This document shows, in pieces, positions 39,090 through 48,371 of a stretch of 64,000 nucleotides of DNA (position 1 is its first letter; every line of letters begins with the position of its first letter). Where the stretch lies: positions 64,001 to 128,000 of IMG/VR virus record IMGVR_UViG_3300032320_001447. One strand, written 5' to 3'. Below the pieces are notes generated by a model. That model searched no databases. It was not told the DNA's origin and worked only from the letters and a program-made list of their open reading frames with translations. This DNA is from a virus (Duplodnaviria; Caudoviricetes). The position numbers and the translations under genes were made by a program.

Positions 39090-40121
39090 ATGTCTTTTAC
39101 TCAATTTGATCAATCGGATTTCGTAATATCCAATGATTCTGTTACTGCTCCAGCATGGAGTACTAATGCACCGACATTGACTTCTTTTTTTACATTAAGT
39201 GGTAACGCGACTGGCAGCTATTACGTAGATGTATATCAAACTGCATCTACTTTAAGCAACGCAGCAATTCAATTTTCTATAGCCTACGGTCATATATACG
39301 GATCAGGTTCTATACCGTTAAATCCTTTGGTTCCTCAAAATACACCTACTAGAGTTACTTTCGGTCAATATAGAAATTTAATTTACGGAGACGCTGAATC
39401 AAATGTAAACTTTGGATCTGGGGCAACCGCTTCTTTAGATCTAATAGCTATTCCTATAGATAGAAATAGGTACAAAGGCAACTTATTTCCTGGTACTTTT
39501 AATTTACAATTAGGATTTGGTACTTATGCTCAAAAATTAAAGTTAACCGACAATTCTAATGACGTTTCTACAATTACTTACTTAGATTGCGGAAGAGCTT
39601 TCAATATTATATCTGGATCCAATGGTACAGCGGCTAATAGTCCATTAATATCAGGAGCTCCAGCTAAAGGCTACACACCTTCTGGTTCTTACGGATTATT
39701 TTTACCTGATGTGGGTTTAATTTTATTGAATCCCACTGCTTTAAGTTTGCCTACTGCTGGTGGAGGTTTAGCAGTCACTTGGTCAAATAGCACAACAACA
39801 AATGGTTTAAATAATGCAAGAGCGTTTGAACTTATCAACTCTGGAAGTTCTTTCGCTTTAAATAGTCAAGAGCAGATATCTTCAGATTATGTGTTTGTTA
39901 GAGTTAGAAATTCTGAATACAATTATACATCTAATCCATCTATAATCAATGTATCTGGAAGTTTAATATACCCTAATTTTATTAATAGTCCTCAGACTTA
40001 TATGACAACTGTTGGTTTGTATAACACAAATAATGATCTTTTAGCGGTTGCTAAATTATCAAAACCATTGGTTAAAGATTTCACTAAGGAAGCATTAGTT
40101 AGAGTAAAATTAGACTGGTAA
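39090..40121 (+). CDS. Putative baseplate/tail-fibre attachment protein
   Basis: C-terminal EYNYTSNPS...TYMTTVGLYN..NDLLAVAKLSKP...VKLDW. Confidence 0.6.
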   Translation: MSFTQFDQSDFVISNDSVTAPAWSTNAPTLTSFFTLSGNATGSYYVDVYQTASTLSNAAIQFSIAYGHIYGSGSIPLNPLVPQNTPTRVTFGQYRNLIYGDAESNVNFGSGATASLDLIAIPIDRNRYKGNLFPGTFNLQLGFGTYAQKLKLTDNSNDVSTITYLDCGRAFNIISGSNGTAANSPLISGAPAKGYTPSGSYGLFLPDVGLILLNPTALSLPTAGGGLAVTWSNSTTTNGLNNARAFELINSGSSFALNSQEQISSDYVFVRVRNSEYNYTSNPSIINVSGSLIYPNFINSPQTYMTTVGLYNTNNDLLAVAKLSKPLVKDFTKEALVRVKLDW

Positions 40122-40124
40122 AAA

Positions 40125-41360
40125 ATGAGTATCGCAAAGAATACCATAAGGTTTTCTGATATAACTACCACTCCTATAAAATTAAAGTATTCAGCTTCTT
40201 ATTCAAGCCAATCTTTTTCAAACTTAGGAGTTACTATAAATGGTGGTGTTAACGGTCCTACCGCTAGTTTAGACCCAATTACTGCTATGACTTATAATAA
40301 CAATTATAGGTTAGTTAAACAACTCTATTATACTAATTACATAACGGGATCTTTATTAGGAACTGGTAGCGCATGGGATTCTTCTTTGCAATCCACAGCA
40401 GCTTCTGGAAGTATGGATGCAGATATTAGATCTTTTCCCACTGGAAGTAATGAAAGAATTAGTTTTTTAGCAATTCCAAGAACGGTATTTGGAGAAAATA
40501 TAAGTAGAAACACGTTAGCTATATCAAGCACTAATGGTACTAGTTATAAATTAATAGACGACGGTAATGGAAATATTATAGACGCAAAAGCAAATTACGT
40601 TCATGTTGGAAATATAATATATTCTCAAGGCATAATTACTTTTACTAATCAAGATTATGTTTCTGCGTTCTTTAATAATAATTTTACTTTTACAGTTTCT
40701 ATAGTTCCTCCATCCCCTACGCCAAGCGTTACACCAAGCCTAACTCCTAGTGTAACTGTTACGCCTTCTATAACGCCTAGCGTAACTATAACTCCATCAG
40801 TTAGTGTAACTCCTAACGCTAGCACAACTCCTAGTGTAACTGCTACTCCTTCTGTTAGTGTTACGCCTCCTATAACGCCTAGCGTAACTATAACTCCATC
40901 AGTTAGTGTAACCCCTGTAGTTAGTGTAACACCTTCAGTTACAATAACTCCGTCCGTTACAATTACACAGTCACCGTCAGCTGGTTCGGTTTCTATTACT
41001 GTAAATGATCCAGGTTCTTTCCCTTACCCTGTATCAGCCGGTAATGGATCCGCTTCAGGTACAATTAGTAATACCTCTGGAGTTACGGTATACGTTTATA
41101 TAGTATTTAATAGCGGAGGTAACAATTCAGGAAATATAGGAAGTGATAGTGGTGTTGTAGACGGAACAAGCATTCCTATGAGTGGAACTGTAACAGCATT
41201 CGGACAAACTATATACTCAGCAACCTACGCTACTATAGCAAACGGATCTACTGGATTAGCTTGGAGCTTATCTAAGCAAGACACATTGTCAAGCGGAGCA
41301 ACATTAAGATTAGGCTATTCAACAACTATAGGAGGTGCTATAACTCTTCTATCTCCATAA
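40125..41360 (+). CDS. Structural protein: N-terminal domain paralogous to upstream gene + mucin-like TPS stalk + C-terminal beta domain
   Basis: LAIPR..FGE.I, LIDDGNGN, VGNIIYSQGII followed by (TPSVT(I/V))n repeats. Confidence 0.7.
   Translation: MSIAKNTIRFSDITTTPIKLKYSASYSSQSFSNLGVTINGGVNGPTASLDPITAMTYNNNYRLVKQLYYTNYITGSLLGTGSAWDSSLQSTAASGSMDADIRSFPTGSNERISFLAIPRTVFGENISRNTLAISSTNGTSYKLIDDGNGNIIDAKANYVHVGNIIYSQGIITFTNQDYVSAFFNNNFTFTVSIVPPSPTPSVTPSLTPSVTVTPSITPSVTITPSVSVTPNASTTPSVTATPSVSVTPPITPSVTITPSVSVTPVVSVTPSVTITPSVTITQSPSAGSVSITVNDPGSFPYPVSAGNGSASGTISNTSGVTVYVYIVFNSGGNNSGNIGSDSGVVDGTSIPMSGTVTAFGQTIYSATYATIANGSTGLAWSLSKQDTLSSGATLRLGYSTTIGGAITLLSP
40707..40980 (+). repeat. Mucin-like Thr-Pro-Ser coding repeats
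   Basis: TPSV/TPSVTI 12- and 18-nt units. Confidence 0.9.
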
Positions 41361-41393
41361 AAATAAAAAACTAGAAGATAATTATAAAAAGAG

Positions 41394-43280
41394 ATGCTGG
41401 TAACAATACAACTTACGAATTATGGGGATGCAGTAGGTCCATTTAATATCTACTACGACCTGGACTATGTTAGCCCTTTCACTATTGCTGCATCCAACGT
41501 ATCTCTCGCTAATTTAATTAATGGCTATGAAGTAGATATAGATACGTTATCTGTTAGAGTGGTATTAGAAAATTTGAACCCATTTGGAAACAATAATTAT
41601 GTAGAAGTATTCTTAGTTCCTCAAAGTCCTTCTCCTACTCCAAGCATGACTCCTTCTATTACAGTTACTCCTAGCATGAGCATCACTCCTAGTGTAACTG
41701 TAACTCCTAGCGTAACTATAACTCCATCAATTACACCTAGTGCTAGCATTACTCCTAGCGTTACTATAACTCCTAGCATTAGCATAACTCCAACAGTTAC
41801 GCCTAGTGTTTCTATAACTCCTAGTGTTACTATAACTCCTAGCATTAGCATTACTCCAACAGTTACTCCTAGTGTTACTATAACTCCTAGCATTAGCATT
41901 ACTCCAACAGTTACTCCTAGTGTTTCAATAACTCCTACTGTAACGCCATCAGTTTCAATAACTCCTAGTGTTTCAATAACTCCTACTGTAACGCCATCAG
42001 TTTCTATAACTCCTAGTGTTTCAATAACTCCTACTGTAACGCCTAGTGTTTCTATAACTCCTAGTTTGACTACAACGCCTACTGTAACACCATCAGTTTC
42101 TATAACTCCAACAGTTACGCCTAGTGTTTCTATAACTCCTAGTGCTACTATTACGCCAACAGTTACTCCATCGACTAGTGTTACTCCAAGCATAACGATA
42201 ACACCAACAGTTACTCCATCTACATCAATAATACCAATAACATTATCAGTAACTGCATTTTGTGATGAACCTGTTTATAATGGAAATGGCAGAATATACG
42301 CTAATGCATTTGGTGGCGGCACAAATAGTTTTGATTATATAACAATTAGTGCGATATCAGCGGCAGACGCGCTATCTAGATTAGATAATCCAGCAACAAG
42401 AACATTTATAGGTGGAGCCACAGAGTATAATTTTACTGGACTAATAAATGATACCTATTATGTAGCTATAATGGATACAGTGGGTAATAAAGGAGTATCA
42501 ACGGCCGTCGTGGTATCTTGTATAGCGCCTTCGCCTACACCGACTAGAACTCCTAGTTCAACGCCAGCACCAACACCTAGTTTAACACCGACTAGAACTC
42601 CTAGTTCAACGCCAGCACCAACACCTAGTTTAACACCGACACCAACGCCTACTCCTCCATTAACAAAATATCTAGTTGAATTATGCGGTGGAGGTGAAGG
42701 ACCATACGTTGTTTCGTTAGCAAGCGGTGATTTCCCTGCAGGAATAGGTTGGTCGTATAAGTTGTATAAAGAAAGTACACCATTTGATGGAATTAAATGT
42801 TGGGAGATCTTAGAAAATCCTTCAACAGGTACTTTGGATTACGATGCGGTTGCTTTTGGCCCTTCTTATAACAACTGTACGGCTTGTCTTCCGCCTCCAT
42901 CACCAACGCCTAGTTTAACACCAACTATAACACCAACACCGACGCCTAGTGCTGCGTTAGGATACGCATTCGTAGATATTGCTAATAACACGGCTGGTAC
43001 AGATATTACTAATATTACAATAAACGGAGTACAAGTAGACGGAGCAGTTTTCCCAATAGTTGCTGGTGATGGAGCATCTGCTACAACAACAGAGACTGGC
43101 GCATCAAGAACAATAGTTGTATCTTATACAAATATAAGTAACGACTCCGTTGAGGTGATTGATACTGCATCAAACCTTACTTGTATAAGCGCAACATCAA
43201 CAAGTAGAACATTTTCTGGACAAGTTGTAAGCGATGCAGGTACAGTAACAATTTCAATGTTTGATGGACCATGTCCATAA
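41394..43280 (+). CDS. Mucin-like modular virion (fibre/whisker-type) protein
   Basis: 628 aa; four small beta domains, some Cys-containing, separated by three Thr/Pro/Ser-rich linkers, the first ~200 aa. Confidence 0.7.
   Translation: MLVTIQLTNYGDAVGPFNIYYDLDYVSPFTIAASNVSLANLINGYEVDIDTLSVRVVLENLNPFGNNNYVEVFLVPQSPSPTPSMTPSITVTPSMSITPSVTVTPSVTITPSITPSASITPSVTITPSISITPTVTPSVSITPSVTITPSISITPTVTPSVTITPSISITPTVTPSVSITPTVTPSVSITPSVSITPTVTPSVSITPSVSITPTVTPSVSITPSLTTTPTVTPSVSITPTVTPSVSITPSATITPTVTPSTSVTPSITITPTVTPSTSIIPITLSVTAFCDEPVYNGNGRIYANAFGGGTNSFDYITISAISAADALSRLDNPATRTFIGGATEYNFTGLINDTYYVAIMDTVGNKGVSTAVVVSCIAPSPTPTRTPSSTPAPTPSLTPTRTPSSTPAPTPSLTPTPTPTPPLTKYLVELCGGGEGPYVVSLASGDFPAGIGWSYKLYKESTPFDGIKCWEILENPSTGTLDYDAVAFGPSYNNCTACLPPPSPTPSLTPTITPTPTPSAALGYAFVDIANNTAGTDITNITINGVQVDGAVFPIVAGDGASATTTETGASRTIVVSYTNISNDSVEVIDTASNLTCISATSTSRTFSGQVVSDAGTVTISMFDGPCP
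41619..42232 (+). repeat. Long mucin-like TPSVSI/TPTV coding repeat array
   Basis: Recurrent actcctagtgtt / actccaacagtt units. Confidence 0.92.
42537..42632 (+). repeat. Exact 48-nt tandem duplication (TPTRTPSSTPAPTPSL x2)
   Basis: acaccgactagaactcctagttcaacgccagcaccaacacctagttta repeated twice. Confidence 0.92.
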
Positions 43281-43410
43281 AAAACAAAATTTGGAATATA
43301 AATAAAAATTAATATATAAATAGGTATAATATACTATACGTACTTACATACTTTGTTTTCTACTTTAAAAATAAATTTTACATTGTAAATTAAAAGTTTT
43401 AGATTACATT

Positions 43411-44667
43411 ATGCCAAAAATATTTGTTTCGATAGCATCTTACAGAGACCCTGAATTACTTCCTACACTTGAAAATTTATTAGATAATGCAAAGTATCCT
43501 CAAGACCTTGTTATTTGTATAGGGTGGCAGCATTCAAAAGAAGACAAATGGGACAATTTAAAGAAATATAAAAGGGATCAGCGATTTAAGATCATAGATA
43601 TAGACTACAAAGAGTCCAAGGGAGTTTGTTGGGCAAGAAGCGAAATACAAAAACTTTACACAGACGAGGACTACTACCTTCAATTAGATTCTCATCACAG
43701 ATTTACAAAAGATTGGGACGTACAATTAAAAGATCTTTTGCACTATCTTATGTGCAAGGGTCATGAGAAACCTTTACTATCTGCTTACATCCCAGGATAT
43801 TTTCCAGAAAAAGATCCTAAAGACAGAGTTAACGAAGTTTGGGGTTTAAACATAGACAGATTCATGCCGGCTGGCGCCATATTCTTAAGACCTCATCACA
43901 TAGAAAAGTTTGAGGAATTAAAAGAGCCTTTCTCAACCAGATTTATATCGGCTCACTTTATTTTTACCATTGGAAAATTTGTAAAAGAAGTGCCTTACGA
44001 TCCAAACTTATACTTTCATGGAGAAGAGAGTTCTTTAGCCGCTAGAGCTTACACTTACGGATACGATTTATTTGCTCCACACAAAGTGATAGTTTGGCAC
44101 GAATACACAAGAGAGGGAAAGAAAAGACATTGGGACGATAGTCAAGATTGGAAAGCCAAAGACGATGCTTCTTACTCAAGATTTAGAAAACTATTTGGTA
44201 TGGATCCGGGTTGTACGCCATGTCAAAGAAAAGCGCTAGCTCCTTACGGATTCGGTCCAACGAGATCTTTAACTGATTTTGAAAAGTACGCAGGTTTAAA
44301 ATTTGCAACAAGACAAATACACAGAGAGACTCTAAAAAATAATTTTCCTCCAATAAAATCAGATTACGAATCGGGTCTTGCATCTAGTCAAAAGTACTGT
44401 ATAGACATTTATAAAGGATCTTTAACAGAAAAAGATTACGATTCTTTTGTTGTTGCATTTTTGGATGAGAACGGAGAAGATATATACAGACAAGATTGTA
44501 ATAAGGAAGAAATTCAAAGCATGATGAATCTTGATGTAAACAATAAATTCATTCATATATGGAGAAATTTTGAAGCTGTAGAAAGACCAGTTTGTTGGAG
44601 AGTTTGGCCTCATTCAGAATCTATGGGTTGGATGGAAAGAATAGAACAAAAAATATCATATGAATAA
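43411..44667 (+). CDS. GT60-like polypeptide N-acetylhexosaminyltransferase (Skp1 GlcNAc-transferase family), paralog 1
   Basis: IFVSIASYRDPEL, GVCWAR, YYLQLDSHHRF..WD (DxH), FHGEE, YTYGYDLF.P, G.G..RSL.DFE. Confidence 0.85.
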   Translation: MPKIFVSIASYRDPELLPTLENLLDNAKYPQDLVICIGWQHSKEDKWDNLKKYKRDQRFKIIDIDYKESKGVCWARSEIQKLYTDEDYYLQLDSHHRFTKDWDVQLKDLLHYLMCKGHEKPLLSAYIPGYFPEKDPKDRVNEVWGLNIDRFMPAGAIFLRPHHIEKFEELKEPFSTRFISAHFIFTIGKFVKEVPYDPNLYFHGEESSLAARAYTYGYDLFAPHKVIVWHEYTREGKKRHWDDSQDWKAKDDASYSRFRKLFGMDPGCTPCQRKALAPYGFGPTRSLTDFEKYAGLKFATRQIHRETLKNNFPPIKSDYESGLASSQKYCIDIYKGSLTEKDYDSFVVAFLDENGEDIYRQDCNKEEIQSMMNLDVNNKFIHIWRNFEAVERPVCWRVWPHSESMGWMERIEQKISYE

Positions 44668-45934
44668 TAAGTTACAGACCATACTCGTACATTTACCTGC
44701 TTATAGGGACCCAGAATTGGTGCCAACTATTAAGAACGCACTAGAGAATGCGAAATATCCAAAACGAATTCACTTCGGCATTTGTAGACAATACAACCCA
44801 GAAGATCTTTTCGATAATGTAGACGAGTTTAGAAATGACAAACGTTTTCATATCATGGACGTTTTGTACACAGAAGCTCAAGGTCTACCATGGGCAAGAG
44901 CTCAAATCAACGAGAAGCTTTTAACCAATCAAGATTACATTTTACAACTGGATTCTCATCACAGATTCGCAGAGAATTGGGACGAGACTTTAATTGAAAT
45001 GCATAGCGATTTAGAAGCTCAAGGATACAAACCAATCTTAGGGGCTTATTTGCCATTGTATACTCCGTTTAACGATCCAGAAGGACGTACCATGGAGCCA
45101 TGGCAGCAGACCTTTGCTTGCTTCTATCCTCACGGAACTATCTTCATCAGACCAGGATTGCTACACGGTTGGCAAGACATGATAGAACCACCAATGAGTA
45201 GATTCTTATCTGGCCACTTCTGTTTTGCTAGATCTGAATGGGCAAAGGAGATAAAACACGATCCAGATATCTATTTTAGTGGAGAAGAATTAAACTTAAC
45301 TGTTAGATCTTACACTCATGGATACGATTTATTCCATCCGCACAAATTAGTTGTTTGGCATTCTACTATGAGAGAAGAGAGATCTGGCATGTTGAAGTGG
45401 GACGATGATTCTAAATTAGGAGTTAATTGGTTCCAAAAGCAAGAGTATGCAAGAAAAAAGATTAGAGTCTTATTAGGAACAGAAGAGGATCCAACTATAG
45501 ATTTAACTGGATACGATTTGGGTACAGTGAGAACTTTAAGAGATTTTGAAAAGTACGCAGGATTTCACTTCAAAAGGAAGTCTGTTCAAAAATATACACT
45601 AGACAACAAGTATCCGCCTAATCCATTGATAGAAGACGATGAATTATGGGAACAGTCTTTCATGGGATCTTTCTACCATCTAGTTACTATATATCCTCAT
45701 GACTTTCCAAGAAAGGATTATAAACATATCTTAGTAGCATTCGACGATGAAACAGGTAAAGCAGTGAATCACAAGTACATTGCTGGCGAGGAACTAGAAA
45801 ACTTTATGCACAAAGGACAACAAATACACTACGAAGAGTTTTTCTTAACAAATAAAAATCCTTCTAGAGTAGTATATTGGGGATTCACAGAAGAAGAAGG
45901 TTGGGTTGAAAGAGTAGAACATAAAATAAATTAA
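44660..45934 (+). CDS. GT60-like polypeptide N-acetylhexosaminyltransferase, paralog 2
   Basis: AYRDPEL, GLPWAR, ILQLDSHHRF..WD, FSGEE, YTHGYDLF.P, LGTVRTLRDFE. Confidence 0.85.
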   Translation: MNNKLQTILVHLPAYRDPELVPTIKNALENAKYPKRIHFGICRQYNPEDLFDNVDEFRNDKRFHIMDVLYTEAQGLPWARAQINEKLLTNQDYILQLDSHHRFAENWDETLIEMHSDLEAQGYKPILGAYLPLYTPFNDPEGRTMEPWQQTFACFYPHGTIFIRPGLLHGWQDMIEPPMSRFLSGHFCFARSEWAKEIKHDPDIYFSGEELNLTVRSYTHGYDLFHPHKLVVWHSTMREERSGMLKWDDDSKLGVNWFQKQEYARKKIRVLLGTEEDPTIDLTGYDLGTVRTLRDFEKYAGFHFKRKSVQKYTLDNKYPPNPLIEDDELWEQSFMGSFYHLVTIYPHDFPRKDYKHILVAFDDETGKAVNHKYIAGEELENFMHKGQQIHYEEFFLTNKNPSRVVYWGFTEEEGWVERVEHKIN

Positions 45935-45938
45935 AAAT

Positions 45939-46637
45939 ATGAATAAATTTGTAGAATTGCTCAAAGCATGCGACAGTTTTAAAGTAGACACTTTATACTG
46001 GGATCACGACATTTTAGCGCCTTTTGAAAATGATTTAAGAAATTATCCTGCTCCGTGGATAAAAAAGACCGTAGAATTATTAAAAATAATAGACGGAAAA
46101 GTAGTAGTAGAAATAGGATCTACAAGAAGAGAGATGACTCAATCTTGTTTAAACTACTATGACAACTGTTATACCATGACTCCTGCGCAAGCACCCGGTT
46201 GTTGTCAAGATGGACACTCTACTCATTTTTGGGCAGATGCTGGATTCGAAACTTATACAGTAGATATAGATGAAAATTGTAGAGTTCAATTAGAAAATCA
46301 GTATAAGTATCATATTCAAAAACCTATACCGGATAATTTACACATATGTATACCTCAAGATGGAATAGAATTTTTAACTAATTTTGATAAGAAAATAGAC
46401 TTATTATTTTTAGACGGTTGGGATAAAGGTTCTCACAATTACGCAGAAAAACATTTAGAAGCATTTTTAGCTGCTAAAGATAAATTGTCTGATTTACATT
46501 TGGTATCTATAGATGATACAGATTTTAATACTGAAAGTGCTGGTAAAGATAAATTATTAACGCCTTATTTATTAGAGAATGGATATATCAAAATACTTTG
46601 GGGAAGACAAATTGTTTTCATAAAGAATCAAATATGA
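45939..46637 (+). CDS. Class I SAM-dependent methyltransferase (probable glycan O-methyltransferase)
   Basis: VVVEIGS.R, YTVDID, DGIEFL, IDLLFLDG, IDD. Confidence 0.75.
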   Translation: MNKFVELLKACDSFKVDTLYWDHDILAPFENDLRNYPAPWIKKTVELLKIIDGKVVVEIGSTRREMTQSCLNYYDNCYTMTPAQAPGCCQDGHSTHFWADAGFETYTVDIDENCRVQLENQYKYHIQKPIPDNLHICIPQDGIEFLTNFDKKIDLLFLDGWDKGSHNYAEKHLEAFLAAKDKLSDLHLVSIDDTDFNTESAGKDKLLTPYLLENGYIKILWGRQIVFIKNQI

Positions 46638-47566
46638 AATTAAATTTCTATTACGAAAATCCTATTCCTGGTTCAATGGCTGGAAATGTATGTCATTTGG
46701 TTGCAGCAGAAAGATTCTTGAATTTATGTAAGAACGCCTATCCTGATATAGAGTTTAATTACATAAATTCTTGGGGAATTACTTATGAAAATGGTTTACC
46801 AACCCTTAGAAGTTGTCCAGGTTGTAAATTTAGTCACTTCTTCGTAATAATAGAAAACCCAGATAATAAAAAGTTTTTTGTTATTTCTTATTGGGACAAA
46901 TTAAAAGACATCACTTTAGACGGCACTTTTTGGGATTTAGAAAATTGTATGGGAATATTTCCATCTGCGGGAACTCACACTGACGATTTTTCTTTTAGAT
47001 CTATAGATTTAGATTATACTCCTATCGCTCCTTTAACTATACATAAATCTTTAGAAGATAAAGCGCAAGAATTATATCTCTTAAATGTTCCTAAGACTAC
47101 ACCTAAAAGTTTATTTTTTAGAGGGGGCGATTATGGTTTTAGAAGCTACTTATCTCGTAATGATAATAGATTTATAATTAATCATGAAAGAATAGATACT
47201 GCTATATTTGCAGAGGAAATGGCTAAAAATACTATTAACATAGATATTAACGCAGTAGCTGAAATTTCTGGAAGAACTATAGATGCTATGGCTTTAGGAA
47301 CTGCTTTAATCAGGCCTAAATTGTCCATCAAATATCATAACCCTCTTATACCAGATTATCATTATGCAGAAGTTAAATGTGATGATCTTTCTAATTGGCC
47401 TAAATTAGCAGACGCTTATGTAGAAAGATTTGAAGAACTTAAAAAAGACGAAGAGCAAGTTAAATTCTTTTCAGAAAATGGAAGAAGATGGTACGAAGAA
47501 AACGCAACAATAGAAGCTCATGTGAGTATTCTTAAAAAATTAATAGACTTAAATAAACTTGCCTAA
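46634..47566 (+). CDS. GT-B fold glycosyltransferase-like protein
   Basis: LFFRG, RTIDAMALG..LI, LIPDYHY, ENGRRWY; start taken at ATGA overlap (MKLNFYY). Confidence 0.65.
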   Translation: MKLNFYYENPIPGSMAGNVCHLVAAERFLNLCKNAYPDIEFNYINSWGITYENGLPTLRSCPGCKFSHFFVIIENPDNKKFFVISYWDKLKDITLDGTFWDLENCMGIFPSAGTHTDDFSFRSIDLDYTPIAPLTIHKSLEDKAQELYLLNVPKTTPKSLFFRGGDYGFRSYLSRNDNRFIINHERIDTAIFAEEMAKNTINIDINAVAEISGRTIDAMALGTALIRPKLSIKYHNPLIPDYHYAEVKCDDLSNWPKLADAYVERFEELKKDEEQVKFFSENGRRWYEENATIEAHVSILKKLIDLNKLA

Positions 47567-47569
47567 TAA

Positions 47570-48367
47570 ATGAAAGCAGTAGTAACATTGACGACTATAC
47601 CATCTAGATTGGTTAGCATATATCACGAAGATATAAAAGTGTGTTTAGATTCTTTACTTAATCAAGATTTTGAAGATTATGAAATTCATTTCAACATACC
47701 TTATTTTTTTAAATTAACCGAAGAAGAATATATTATTCCAGAATGGTTGAACGAATTAGTTGGAAACAATCCTAAGTTAAAAATATTTAGAGGAGAAGAT
47801 TATGGGTCTATTACAAAATTAGTAGATACTATAAAAAGAATAGAAGATTCTAATTGCATTATTATCACAGCAGATGATGATTTAGTATATCATCCAGAAA
47901 TGGTAAGTGAACAATATAAAAATCAAACAGAAAGATTTAGTAATTGCGCGGTGGGTTATGATGGTATTAGTGCATTAGAACCAGTGTTTAGAGACATACG
48001 CAGTCATTATGTAGTAAGCGTTCCTTGTAATGTTAAAGTAAATGTATTGCAACACTATAAAACAGTATCTTACAAAAGAAGTTATTTTGAAGAGGATTTC
48101 TTTACTGATTTTGTAGGACAATCTTGGGCCGACGATATTTTAGTATCAGCTTATATGGGAAAACAAAAGATTACAAAATACGTAACTTACTTTGAAAAAG
48201 AAAGCATACCTGCTACTATAGAAGAGTGGAATAGCAGAGGAGGCGTAACAACGTTTCCTATAATAAAACACACTCAACACGATTCACAAGAAGGTTGCAA
48301 TATTAAAAGAAATAATCAAGAAACAGACAATTTTATGTACTTTGTGCATAAAGGATACTTAAGATAA
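47570..48367 (+). CDS. GT-A fold glycosyltransferase
   Basis: VTLTTIPSRL, DYGSITKL, IITADDD.VY (DxD), ADDILVS. Confidence 0.8.
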   Translation: MKAVVTLTTIPSRLVSIYHEDIKVCLDSLLNQDFEDYEIHFNIPYFFKLTEEEYIIPEWLNELVGNNPKLKIFRGEDYGSITKLVDTIKRIEDSNCIIITADDDLVYHPEMVSEQYKNQTERFSNCAVGYDGISALEPVFRDIRSHYVVSVPCNVKVNVLQHYKTVSYKRSYFEEDFFTDFVGQSWADDILVSAYMGKQKITKYVTYFEKESIPATIEEWNSRGGVTTFPIIKHTQHDSQEGCNIKRNNQETDNFMYFVHKGYLR

Positions 48368-48371
48368 TATT

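Noticed and set aside
41621-42193. Minus-strand 190-aa GVIETL/GVTV repeat ORF
   Set aside because: Antisense shadow of the TPS repeats
40707-42950. Repeat arrays as CRISPR or DGR template/variable repeats
   Set aside because: Units are in-frame codon repeats without unique spacers; no cas or reverse transcriptase genes; differences are not adenine-specific
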